From the NCBI GenBank assembly GCA_963662465.1, contig OY759599.1:896001-960000 (forward strand): a stretch of DNA of 64,000 nt, written 5' to 3'. This document shows positions 19,311-28,553 of the stretch, in pieces (the first letter of the stretch is position 1; every line of letters starts with the position of its first letter). The notes under the pieces are model-generated. The model did not search any database. It saw nothing but the letters and a program-made list of their open reading frames with translations, and was not told the origin of the DNA. The DNA is from Desulfatiglandales bacterium (GTDB taxonomy: Bacteria; Desulfobacterota; DSM-4660; Desulfatiglandales; Desulfatiglandaceae). The position numbers and the translations under genes are program-made.

Positions 19311-20165
19311 ATGGGTAAATGGATTCTGATCGGGCTTGGAGTCATCGTCATTTGCATAGCGATCTCTTTCATAGTCGGGCGTGCTCGTGAAACTGCAAAG
19401 TTGGATCGAACGGTAGAGATGCTTGTCGACCAGGGCTCTGTCCCAGATGTTGACGTTGTGGATTTCGATTCCTTTTCCGATCTTCCACCGCCTGTTGCTC
19501 GCTATTTCAAGCACGTTTTGGTTGATAACCAAAAATTAATAAAGACTGCCAGAATGCACCAATCTGGTATGCTACGAACTAATATAAAAACCGATGTATG
19601 GTTTTCGTTCACTGCGAATCAGGTGGTTGTACCACCAGCCATTGGTTTCATTTGGAATGCTAAGGTTGAAATGCCTCTAGGCACTCACGTTCGCGTTCTG
19701 GACAGCTACATTGCTGGAGTGGGTGCAGGTAGAGTTAGTATCCTGTCTGCATTTGCTGTCGCCTCAGAAGCTGGTGACACAAAACTAAATTCAGGGGCAT
19801 TGCACAGATACCTTGCGGAAGCTGTATGGTTTCCGACAGCTCTTTTGCCTCAGTCAGGGGTGGTTTGGAGTTCGATTGACGACCGATCGGCAAAGGCCAT
19901 ACTGACGAATAGTGGTAACTCTGTATCTTTGGAGTTCCGCTTTAACGATGCCGATGAGGTGGTGGCTATTTATAGCTCAGGCCGATTCGGGCGCTTCGAT
20001 GGAGAGTACAAGAAAGTACCGTGGGAGGGACACTTCCGCGACTATCAAATCCGAGGGGGTATGCTCATTCCTATGTGTGGAGAAGTTGGCTGGTACGAAG
20101 AAGAAACCCTGGACCTAGTCTGGAAAGGAAACCTTATTGATGTACAGTATCAGCTTGGATACTGA
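19311..20165 (+). CDS. Cassette 1: DUF6544-like membrane-anchored protein
   Basis: N-terminal TM; DLPPPVARYF, RYLAEAVWFPTALLP and GW motifs. Confidence 0.7.
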   Translation: MGKWILIGLGVIVICIAISFIVGRARETAKLDRTVEMLVDQGSVPDVDVVDFDSFSDLPPPVARYFKHVLVDNQKLIKTARMHQSGMLRTNIKTDVWFSFTANQVVVPPAIGFIWNAKVEMPLGTHVRVLDSYIAGVGAGRVSILSAFAVASEAGDTKLNSGALHRYLAEAVWFPTALLPQSGVVWSSIDDRSAKAILTNSGNSVSLEFRFNDADEVVAIYSSGRFGRFDGEYKKVPWEGHFRDYQIRGGMLIPMCGEVGWYEEETLDLVWKGNLIDVQYQLGY

Positions 20166-20189
20166 GATATTGGTTAGCGCAACGGGTAC

Positions 20190-20280
20190 GCCCAACAAGT
20201 GCATGCAGACCGACTTGGCATCACTTGCCGCTCCTGACGTCGCTCTGCGGTCTACCAAGCGGCTGATGCTGCCGTTAGCG
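20190..20280 (+). repeat. attC site 1 (91 bp)
   Basis: GCCCAAC ... CATGCAG / CTGATG (one extrahelical base) ... GTTAGCG. Confidence 0.85.
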
Positions 20281-20297
20281 TGCTTAAAGAGGATTAT

Positions 20298-20639
20298 ATG
20301 GTTAATTCATTCATTATGAAACAAATTCCTGAGAGAGATTGGAAGGTCCTCAGAGCACTCAAAGATAAATTGACGGAGCGTTTCTGTGATCATGTTTTTG
20401 AACAACTTATTCCAATTATCGAAAGACGCACAAAAGGTAGTTACAAAGCGTATCTAGAGATGTGGAAAATTCTGAACAAAGAAGACGATGATTTTACTTC
20501 TATGTTTGATGATCTCAAAAGAAGCGCAGCTTTTTTTAAACTTGCTACGTGGAAGAAAAGTGGATTACTTTCAGATGAGGACTTTTCTGAGTTTAGTGAA
20601 GAAACTCAGAATACTATAGCCTTGCTTACTGATATCTAA
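20298..20639 (+). CDS. Cassette 2: hypothetical protein
   Basis: AGAGGA RBS; ORF fills the space between attC1 and attC2 (IPERDWK...ERFC...FSEET). Confidence 0.75.
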   Translation: MVNSFIMKQIPERDWKVLRALKDKLTERFCDHVFEQLIPIIERRTKGSYKAYLEMWKILNKEDDDFTSMFDDLKRSAAFFKLATWKKSGLLSDEDFSEFSEETQNTIALLTDI

Positions 20640-20641
20640 TC

Positions 20642-20701
20642 AGCTAACAAGCGCTTCCAGTTGAGCGGTCTTGCTGTCGCCAACTGAATCTAGTGTTTGG
20701 C
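20642..20701 (+). repeat. attC site 2 (60 bp)
   Basis: AGCTAAC ... TTCCAGTTG / CAACTGAA ... GTTTGGC. Confidence 0.85.
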
Positions 20702-20728
20702 ATGCTAAACATCCAGAGAAGGGAATAT

Positions 20729-21379
20729 ATGAAACAAAATGGCCCCAGTTTAACCGCACGAAAAGTTGCAATGATGCGGGCAGCAACATCAAATACTTGA
20801 TAGCCCGAAAGTATTCGAAGATCCAATGGCGTTAGATATTATCGGCCTTCAAGATGTTTTAAAAATTTATTCAGAAAAACGAAAGTTCAAGACAAGCTTA
20901 CAACGCTATCTCAGGGCTATCGTTATCGCTCGTAGCAAATTTGTTGAAGATGAACTATCTGTTGCTATAAATCGTGGTGTGCGTCAGTATGTTATTCTTG
21001 GTGCAGGCCTCGACACGTTTGCCTATCGCAATCCATATTCCGATGACGGTTTGAAAGTATTTGAAGTTGACCATCCAGCCACACAAGAATTGAAGCGGCA
21101 GCAACTTGATGCTGCAAAGATACCCATACCAGAAACTTTGACTTTCGTCCCAATAGACTTTGAAAATCAGATATTGGCAGATCAGTTGGGAAAAGCTGGA
21201 TTCAGGACGTATGAACCATCCTTTTTTTCGTGGCTTGGGGTAACGCGGATTTAAAAGCTATTGGCTTCAAACAGGCTGAAGACATTGGACCTGAAGAAAT
21301 AAATGCACGATTTTTCGTTGATCGAACAGATAAATTGATGGTTGGTAATTTCGGACATTTAATGAAAGCACAGGTTTGA
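20729..21379 (+). pseudogene. Cassette 3: class I SAM-dependent methyltransferase (LCM-like), frameshifted and internally deleted
   Basis: MKQNGPSLTARKVAMMRAA, then a +1 shift to HQILDSPKVFEDP; QYVILGAGLDTFAYR and FEVDHPATQ; breaks after SWLGVT and resumes out of frame at DLKAIGF. Confidence 0.8.
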
Positions 21380-21385
21380 AAGGGT

Positions 21386-21455
21386 GCCCAGCAAATCATT
21401 CCAGCGGATCGCCTTTCGCTTCGCTTCAGGCTGTCCCCTGAATTCGTCGTTATTC
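21386..21455 (+). repeat. attC site 3 (70 bp, degenerate AAC to AGC)
   Basis: GCCCAGC ... ATTCCAG / CTGAAT ... GTTATTC. Confidence 0.75.
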
Positions 21456-21483
21456 CGCAAGAAACATTAATGATGGTGAATAG

Positions 21484-23697
21484 ATGATAGAAAAGCAGTT
21501 TGATATACCGTTTATCTCAGACCTGGCACTTCGGGAAAAACAGATTCAGCAAAACTATCGCCCGGTCATTGCTGTGCATAAATGGTTTGCAAGACGTCCG
21601 GGCACTTTGTTCCGCGGTTTGCTCTTGTCTGAGTTTTCTGGAAAGCCGCTTCAGGAAGTGTTTTATAAAGCGAACGATCTTTCCGGCTGCCGGGTAGCTG
21701 ATCCATTCATGGGTGGTGGTACCCCGATCCTGGAGGCAAACCGTCTTGGGTGCGATGTTACCGCATTCGATATCAACCCGATGTCTTACTGGATCGTCAA
21801 ACAGGAAATCGAACATCTTGATCTTGGCGCTTATACAAAAGCAGCTGAGTTCCTTCGCACAACACTGGAAAAGGAAATCGGACAGTTTTATCGAACGCGA
21901 TGCACGCTATGCGGCTCGAACAATGCTCATGTAAAATACTTCCTTTGGGTTAAAGTAACGCCATGTCATGAATGTGGAAAGGATATGGACTTGTTTCCCG
22001 GCTATCTTCTTTCCGCGGATTCCAGACATCCCAAAAACGTTTTTATTTGCCCTACTTGCGGAGAACTGACCGAAACCAGCGACCGTAAAGAGCCCGGCTA
22101 CTGTAATCAATGCGCCGCTGAACTGACGTTGAATGGACCTGCCGGGCGAAGCCGTTGCAGATGCTCGGCGTGCGGCGCCGACAATCATTATCCTAATGCC
22201 GGTCTTGGCGCTCCGCGGCACCGCCTTTTTGCAATGGAATACCACTGCCAAAAATGCAAGCCATCTCATGCCGGCAGATTCTTCAAAAAACCTGATGATC
22301 AGGATATGGAGCGGATCAATGAGGTCGAGAGACGCTGGTCAAAAATGCGTCCAAAGTATGTTCCTGGCGATGAGATCCCAAGCGGTGATGAGACAGACCG
22401 CTTACACCGATGGGGGTACACACGCTATTTGGAAATGTTCAACAATCGTCAGCTTCTTGGCTTGGAACTTTCTGCCCGCATGATTGCGAGAACACCCAAC
22501 GAGCGCGTACGCAATGCGCTGGCGACGAACCTTTCCGACCTGCTCCGCTATCAGAACATGTTATGCCGTTACGACTCGATAGCGTTGAAGTCATTAGACA
22601 TTTTCTCTGTTCACGGTTTTCCGGTAGGCTTGATTCAATGCGAGTCTAATTTCCTTGGCATCATGGAGCTGGGGCGCAGCATGTGTGTGGGTAGCGGCGG
22701 GTGGGCAAATATAACCGAGAAATTTAAAAAGGCAAAGTCCTATTGTGATCATCCATTTGAGGTCAGACATCAGGGTCGCTCAAAGAAAATCATTCCAATC
22801 AATGGAGAATGGATCGGCGATCATTTGAACGGTGATAATTCCGCACCTGCCCGAGTTGTCGACATCTCATGCCAAAATGCAGCATCCTGCACGTTGCCGG
22901 ACGCTTCGCTGGATGCCGTATTTACCGATCCTCCCTATTTTGGCAACATCCAGTATGCGGAGCTTATGGATTTCTGCTATGTCTGGCTCAAAAAATTGGT
23001 TGGGTGGAACTCCAGCGCGTTTAATGCCGATTCTACCCGCACACCTGATGAGTTGACCGGCAATGTTAATATGGGGCGTGGGATCGATCATTTCACAGAG
23101 GGGCTTTCCTCTGTTTTCCGACGTATGGCGAGGGCGTTAAAGCCTGGTTCGCCTCTGGCATTCACCTACCACCACAACAATATCGAAGCTTACTATCCTG
23201 TCGCGGTGGCTATCCTTGACGCTGGGTTAACCTGTTCGGCGTCGCTTCCTTGTCCGGCGGAAATGAGCGCATCTATCCACATAAACGGAACAGGCTCCTC
23301 TATTATCGATACCGTGTTTGTTTGTCGGCAAACTGGTGCCATGCAGCGGAAGTGGCTAGCGAATTCTCCGGATGAAGCCGTTAGGATCGTTAAAGAAGAC
23401 TTGAATCAGCTCAGGGTTGGAAACGTTAAGCCGACGCCCGGCGATATCAGATGCGTCATCTATGGGCATTTGATTCGATTAGCCATCTGGTCCTTACGCC
23501 TTGATTGGATGAAAAACGAACCGACAACCACGCGCATCGAAAAAGTTTCAGCCTGGCTCCATCACTTCGGAGGCTGGGCCGAAATTGAAAAGTGCATGGC
23601 GTACGACAGAGTAGCGACAACGAAGGATATGCCTTTGTTCGCTGTACACGAAAGTGCTGTAGAATATGGAGCCGAATATGCCGACCTTCCCTTTTGA
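21484..23697 (+). CDS. Cassette 4a: DUF1156-like amino-DNA methyltransferase with Cys-rich (Zn-ribbon) insert
   Basis: HKWFARRP, DPFMGGGT (motif I), DPPY (motif IV), multiple CxxC pairs. Confidence 0.85.
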   Translation: MIEKQFDIPFISDLALREKQIQQNYRPVIAVHKWFARRPGTLFRGLLLSEFSGKPLQEVFYKANDLSGCRVADPFMGGGTPILEANRLGCDVTAFDINPMSYWIVKQEIEHLDLGAYTKAAEFLRTTLEKEIGQFYRTRCTLCGSNNAHVKYFLWVKVTPCHECGKDMDLFPGYLLSADSRHPKNVFICPTCGELTETSDRKEPGYCNQCAAELTLNGPAGRSRCRCSACGADNHYPNAGLGAPRHRLFAMEYHCQKCKPSHAGRFFKKPDDQDMERINEVERRWSKMRPKYVPGDEIPSGDETDRLHRWGYTRYLEMFNNRQLLGLELSARMIARTPNERVRNALATNLSDLLRYQNMLCRYDSIALKSLDIFSVHGFPVGLIQCESNFLGIMELGRSMCVGSGGWANITEKFKKAKSYCDHPFEVRHQGRSKKIIPINGEWIGDHLNGDNSAPARVVDISCQNAASCTLPDASLDAVFTDPPYFGNIQYAELMDFCYVWLKKLVGWNSSAFNADSTRTPDELTGNVNMGRGIDHFTEGLSSVFRRMARALKPGSPLAFTYHHNNIEAYYPVAVAILDAGLTCSASLPCPAEMSASIHINGTGSSIIDTVFVCRQTGAMQRKWLANSPDEAVRIVKEDLNQLRVGNVKPTPGDIRCVIYGHLIRLAIWSLRLDWMKNEPTTTRIEKVSAWLHHFGGWAEIEKCMAYDRVATTKDMPLFAVHESAVEYGAEYADLPF

Positions 23698-24709
23698 AGT
23701 TTCCTTGGATATCATACTCCAGGATACTGAAAGCTATGTTGATGCCGTCTTCTCATGCCTGGAGTCGGAGTTCCTTGTCTTGCCCAAGGGAGCTGGCTTT
23801 GTTGAATATCCGGTCTTCGAACGTGGATACGAAGCGTTGAAAGTTGCAACTGCGGGCTTTTCACAACTCGATCCGAATAAAGTGTTGCCCGTTACAGTCT
23901 CCGAGCCGATTGCAATTGTGGTTTTGCGCTCGATTCTGGGTTTCACACCCCCGGAATGGGGTTACGTCACAACGCAGAGAACCGGCGTATCGGTCACCCA
24001 GGGCTTCGTGCGCTCACTGGACAGAAAGGTGCGAATGGCCCCGGAAACGGAGCTTAACACCAATGGCGTTACCAAAGAACGGCTCAAAGCGATGGTTCAG
24101 ACAGCATGTCAATTACTGTCGGCAGGAGCTCCCAATGTAGATGGCGACCAGTTGCATCGCTTGGACAAGGCTGATACGAAACATGGTGTTGAAGGCATCC
24201 AGAATCTGGCCGGAATGGGCGTCCCTTACGCTATGTTGTTGTATGAACGATTCCTCGGAAGGCCATTCGCCGGACATCGAGATTCCGTAAGTGAAATTAT
24301 TGGCGACAGCTTGGAATTCGCAATAGAAGATGTCCTTTCCAAGGCAGGGGTAAGTTTCCGCAAAACAAAACGGGCGGAACGAATCGCAGGTTTTGACCAG
24401 ATGCCTGACTTCATCATTCCCAGCGAATTCAACCCGCAGGTCATTATTGAGGCAAAAATAACCAAGGATGACGGCACTGCCCGCGACAAGGTGACGCGCA
24501 TTCAGCATCTCGGCGAATTGAGCCTTGCCGGTCGTTCCGAGGATAACCCAAAATATGAGATTATAGCTTGCATCGGCGGGCGTGGCTTCGGGGTCCGCCG
24601 GGAAGACATGAAAAAGATGATCCTTGCGACCAGAGGCAAAGTGTTTACAGCGAAAACCCTGAATCGCATCGTGGAATGCACTAGAATTGGTGAATTTAAG
24701 AGTCGATAG
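23666..24709 (+). CDS. Cassette 4b: putative PD-(D/E)xK restriction endonuclease
   Basis: PDFIIP...VIIEAK motif, DDGTARDK; overlaps the MTase end. Confidence 0.7.
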   Translation: MEPNMPTFPFEVSLDIILQDTESYVDAVFSCLESEFLVLPKGAGFVEYPVFERGYEALKVATAGFSQLDPNKVLPVTVSEPIAIVVLRSILGFTPPEWGYVTTQRTGVSVTQGFVRSLDRKVRMAPETELNTNGVTKERLKAMVQTACQLLSAGAPNVDGDQLHRLDKADTKHGVEGIQNLAGMGVPYAMLLYERFLGRPFAGHRDSVSEIIGDSLEFAIEDVLSKAGVSFRKTKRAERIAGFDQMPDFIIPSEFNPQVIIEAKITKDDGTARDKVTRIQHLGELSLAGRSEDNPKYEIIACIGGRGFGVRREDMKKMILATRGKVFTAKTLNRIVECTRIGEFKSR

Positions 24710-24726
24710 CTTAGGATGAAAACACG

Positions 24727-24785
24727 GCATAACGGAATTAAGGGCGACGTCAAAAAGCTGCCGCGCCTTATGCTGGCCGTTCAGC
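24727..24785 (+). repeat. attC site 4 (59 bp)
   Basis: GCATAAC ... ATTAAGG / CCTTAT ... GTTCAGC. Confidence 0.75.
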
Positions 24786-24816
24786 TAATGGGGCATAGTT
24801 CAAGAGAGGCCATAGC

Positions 24817-24993
24817 ATGTCTGAGGAAACAAAAATTGATGAGCAATCCGGCGTGGACAGGGGATTGATCGCAGTGTTCTTGAGGATGTCGCCCGAGGAG
24901 CGATTGCGGGCTAACGACAACGCTTTCCGTACAATTCTGGAGTTGAGAGATGCCTACAGGCGGCAGAAAACCAACGAACGCAAGTCTAGGTGA
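24817..24993 (+). CDS. Cassette 5a: 58-aa protein (not in ORF track), probable partner of the nucleotidyltransferase
   Basis: GAGAGG RBS; MSEETKIDEQSGVDRGLIAVFLRMSPEERLRAND...; overlaps the next ORF. Confidence 0.6.
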   Translation: MSEETKIDEQSGVDRGLIAVFLRMSPEERLRANDNAFRTILELRDAYRRQKTNERKSR

Positions 24994-25300
24994 ACTTCTG
25001 GAAGAGCTGTTGAAGGCAGGGGTCGATTTTATTCTGGTCGGAGGCCTTGCCGCCGTGATCCAGGGCGCCCCTATCACAGCAATGGATGTGGACGTTGTTC
25101 ACAGCCAGTCAACCGAGAATATTACCAGACTACTTGCCTTTTTAAAAGCGGTTGATGCTGTTCATCGTCGCTTGGACGACAAGTTAATTGAACCAAAGGA
25201 ACGCGATCTATCGGGGAAGGGGCACGTGCTTCTTGATATACCGTTTATCGCAGACCTGGTACTTCGGGAAAAGCAGATTCAGCAAAACTATCGCCATTGA
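24950..25300 (+). pseudogene. Cassette 5b: truncated nucleotidyltransferase-family gene fused to a copy of the MTase 5' end
   Basis: GVDFILVGGLAAVIQG...DVDVV motif; last ~20 codons duplicate 21500-21562. Confidence 0.75.
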
Positions 25301-25322
25301 AACAGGGGGCCAGGACAATAGA

Positions 25323-26420
25323 ATGCTAGCCAACCCGGAAAAGGTGATTCAGAGCATCAGGGATGCGGGGCTTCAGCCACCGGAAATGCTGACCCTTATG
25401 ATCACCGGCCGGTGCAACCTTCATTGCCGGCACTGTTGGCTGGATTGCCGGCCCGATAGTGCCGCGGGCCCGGTACTGGTGAAGGTTGTTCGTGGCATTA
25501 TCGACGATTTTACCCGGTTGGGAGGCACCGGTTTGACCCTCACCGGTGGAGAGGTGCTGACCCATCCGGACTGGTTCGAAATCCTGGCATTTGCCTGTGA
25601 ACACAAAGGCTTGAAGGAGGTCTGCCTGCAAACCAATGCCATCCTGGTGACCCGCCATGTGGCGGCGGAACTCAGTGCGCTCGGGTCCATGAAGCTCTTG
25701 GTCCAAATCAGCTTGGACGGTGCTTTGGCAAAATCCCACGACCTTGTGCGCGGTAAGGGCAGCTTCAACCAGGCACTGGGCGGACTGAGTTGTTTGCTCG
25801 ACGTAGGTATGGGACCGCAAATTCGAGTCGCCTTTACGGAAATGGCGCACAACTTTGCCGAAATACCGCTTCTCATGAAAAAACTGAAAACATTCGGCAT
25901 AAGGCAGATGGTGAGTGGTACCCTGGTCAAGGGCGGGAGGGCAGGGCGGACAAACCGACTGGTCCTCCCCACCCCGAATCAGTATACTGAAATGGTCAAC
26001 TGGTACCGATCTGACACGGCATTTCGCACTCTGTACGACAAGATGGGCAATATTTCCGCCATCGAATGGTACAAGGGGCGATCCGTTCCTTCAAAACGGC
26101 TCTGCTGCTGCATCAAAACCCCGTTTGTCACCGCCGAAGGGCGGATTTACCCGTGTGTTATGTTGCCTGCCGAGAAATACAGCATCGATGGGATTCACCA
26201 GCGGCCCATGGCGGATATCATCCTCGCGGCCCTGCCCCTGTGGGCCCAATTGCCGGTTATGGAACGGGTCCGGCGCGAGGCACTTGAAAACTGCAAAGGG
26301 TGTCCGGGTGAAGGGCATTGTGGGGGTGGCTGTATGGGGCGGGCCTATGCAGCCTGTGGCGATTTGATGTCAGTAGAGGATCGCTGTGCATTGAGAAGGG
26401 CGGTTTACCGGTTGGACTAG
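25323..26420 (+). CDS. Radical SAM/SPASM domain protein
   Basis: CNLHCRHC, TGGE, QISLDG; C-terminal GRIYPC and CKGCPGEGHCGGGC...C. Confidence 0.9.
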   Translation: MLANPEKVIQSIRDAGLQPPEMLTLMITGRCNLHCRHCWLDCRPDSAAGPVLVKVVRGIIDDFTRLGGTGLTLTGGEVLTHPDWFEILAFACEHKGLKEVCLQTNAILVTRHVAAELSALGSMKLLVQISLDGALAKSHDLVRGKGSFNQALGGLSCLLDVGMGPQIRVAFTEMAHNFAEIPLLMKKLKTFGIRQMVSGTLVKGGRAGRTNRLVLPTPNQYTEMVNWYRSDTAFRTLYDKMGNISAIEWYKGRSVPSKRLCCCIKTPFVTAEGRIYPCVMLPAEKYSIDGIHQRPMADIILAALPLWAQLPVMERVRREALENCKGCPGEGHCGGGCMGRAYAACGDLMSVEDRCALRRAVYRLD

Positions 26421-26651
26421 GCCCAGGGTTTGTTCCCGGTTGTAAAGGGCCGTGATAAACATCATGGAAGAAAGGGTATCAGTTGAAGCAAGGCATGCGG
26501 GTAATGATCCGGAACGGGTGTCCGTTATATTGGAGTTTTAGTTCTCCTTTGATCTTTTGGTCGCCATGGGCTATTCTCCTGAAGGGTTTTAGCCCATTTT
26601 AATCCCCCTGGCCGCTGTTTTCATGCAGGCTTGCCGAAAGGAGACGGAAAA

Positions 26652-28553
26652 ATGGCGCCCAAGGGGCTCTTCTTGAAGCATTTATCAAAGGGTAAAGGTT
26701 TGTTTCATTTGGGAATTACCGGCAAACTACTGTGGATTGTCCTCCCGCTGGTGGTTTTGCCCTGTCTTGTCACCGGTGGCTTGGGGTATTTTGCATCAGA
26801 AGAGATCGTTACGCGTCTGCTCAACCAATCCCAGATCAACCTGGCCCGGGAAATCGCGGAGGAGATTGACCAGGTTTTTAATGTATGCCGAGCGGATCTT
26901 GAAATGATCTCCCATTTGCCGGTATTAAGAGACTATTACCTCAACCGCTTTTACGCTCTGGATTCGGAAGCGGGAATCAACCGCAAGGAAGCGGAAAGGT
27001 TTTTCAAGGATGTAGCCCGAAAATCCACCCTTTACTATCGAATTTCCTATATGGATGCCAAGGGTGTGCCGGTGGCATGTGTTCAGGAAGGCCGGATTGT
27101 TTCACTGAAGGGCATACTAAATGACTTGACCTCAATCTCGCAAAAACAACATTTTACCCCAAACAATACGGTGGTTTCCCCGGTTCGGAATTCCGAGCCG
27201 GAAGGGCGGTTGGTGTCACCGATGGCCCAACCATTGTTTGACAGATGGCATGAACTCTCAGGCATTGTTCAGATCGATCTTGACATCAACGAACTGGGAC
27301 GCCGCATTCTGTCTCGCCGGGTGGGCGTGAACGGCTATGCCTTCGTTCTGGATCATTCCGGAAGGATTCTCATTCATCCTGAACCCGTGCACGTCGGAAG
27401 AATGATCAGTCAAGTGGGGAACCCGTCTTTGGAGGCAATGTTTCGGGAAATGGTGGAACAGGGTCAGGGGATGTTATCTTATGACTACCAGGGAAACAGA
27501 ATCGCCGCCTTTACCGGGGTTCGGGAACTGGGTTGGACCATTGCCGTAACACTGCCGGTTGCCGAGTTCAAAGCCCATGTCACCGTCATTAAAAAGCAGG
27601 TCCTTCAGATCATCATGGTCGCCGCATCACTGGCCCTGGCGGCGGGTATTTTTTTCTCATGGCATTTTCTTCGTCCCATAAAAAAACTGGCCCGAGCGAC
27701 CCATGTCATCGCTGAAGGCCGTTTGCCCGAAAAGATTCATTTTGACTCCAATGACGAGTTGGGTATGTTAACCCGCTCGTTTAACCAGATGGTCAAAAAC
27801 CTTCGCCGCATTCAATCGGAGTTGGTCAAAAGCGAAAAGCTGGTTTCCGTGGGTCGTTTGGCGTCGGGGGTCGCCCATGAGGTTCGCAACCCACTGAACA
27901 CCATGAATGTCACATTGGGTTTGCTCAAGCGAAGGGTAGCGGGGAATAAAGAGGTGATGGCGCTGGCTGATACCATTTCCGCGGAGATTTCTCAGTTGGA
28001 TCATTTTCTCTCGGATTTCCTGAACTATTCCAGGCAGCCCCCTCCCAAGCCGACGCCGACGAATGTCAATGCGATGGCCGAAGATATTCTGTCGGGATAT
28101 GCTGCCCGGGCCATGGAAAAGGACATCACTTTAAAAAGCCGATTGGATCCGAATCTTCCGCTTTTCCCACTGGACCCGTTTCAGGCCGAAAGAGCCATTG
28201 TGAATATCGTGGTCAACGCCATTGAAGCGATGCCCCAAGGGGGCGAGCTGATCGTATCAACCAAATGGCATCCGTCTACAAATGAAGGCAGCGAGAGAGA
28301 ATTTCTGGAATTCTCCATTGCCGATACCGGGAAGGGGTTGTCGCTTGATGAACTTCAGAGCGTGCTGGATCCCTTTTACACCACAAAAGAGCTGGGCACG
28401 GGTTTAGGTCTGCCGATTTCCCAAAGCATTATCGAAAGCCACGGGGGCCATATCCAAATCCGGTCCGAACCGGGGTGGGGAACCACGGTAACCATTGCGT
28501 TGCCCATGCCCGATGCACGGGCAGATGGAGGTTTTGATCATGAGCAGGTTTAG
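26652..28553 (+). CDS. Sensor histidine kinase (Cache-HAMP-HisKA-HATPase), paralog of 9153-10976
   Basis: AHEVRNPL, DELGMLTRSFNQM and GTGLGL motifs. Confidence 0.93.
   Translation: MAPKGLFLKHLSKGKGLFHLGITGKLLWIVLPLVVLPCLVTGGLGYFASEEIVTRLLNQSQINLAREIAEEIDQVFNVCRADLEMISHLPVLRDYYLNRFYALDSEAGINRKEAERFFKDVARKSTLYYRISYMDAKGVPVACVQEGRIVSLKGILNDLTSISQKQHFTPNNTVVSPVRNSEPEGRLVSPMAQPLFDRWHELSGIVQIDLDINELGRRILSRRVGVNGYAFVLDHSGRILIHPEPVHVGRMISQVGNPSLEAMFREMVEQGQGMLSYDYQGNRIAAFTGVRELGWTIAVTLPVAEFKAHVTVIKKQVLQIIMVAASLALAAGIFFSWHFLRPIKKLARATHVIAEGRLPEKIHFDSNDELGMLTRSFNQMVKNLRRIQSELVKSEKLVSVGRLASGVAHEVRNPLNTMNVTLGLLKRRVAGNKEVMALADTISAEISQLDHFLSDFLNYSRQPPPKPTPTNVNAMAEDILSGYAARAMEKDITLKSRLDPNLPLFPLDPFQAERAIVNIVVNAIEAMPQGGELIVSTKWHPSTNEGSEREFLEFSIADTGKGLSLDELQSVLDPFYTTKELGTGLGLPISQSIIESHGGHIQIRSEPGWGTTVTIALPMPDARADGGFDHEQV

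Larger units (their letters stand above)
19280..25295 (+). mobile_element. Integron gene-cassette array without integrase (CALIN), five cassettes
   Basis: Four attC sites; each left core is complementary to the GTT core preceding its cassette; unrelated AT-richer ORFs, all co-oriented. Confidence 0.85.

Noticed and set aside
19280..25295. Complete integron, prophage or IS-based island
   Set aside because: No integrase, transposase or phage genes recognised; only cassettes and attC sites
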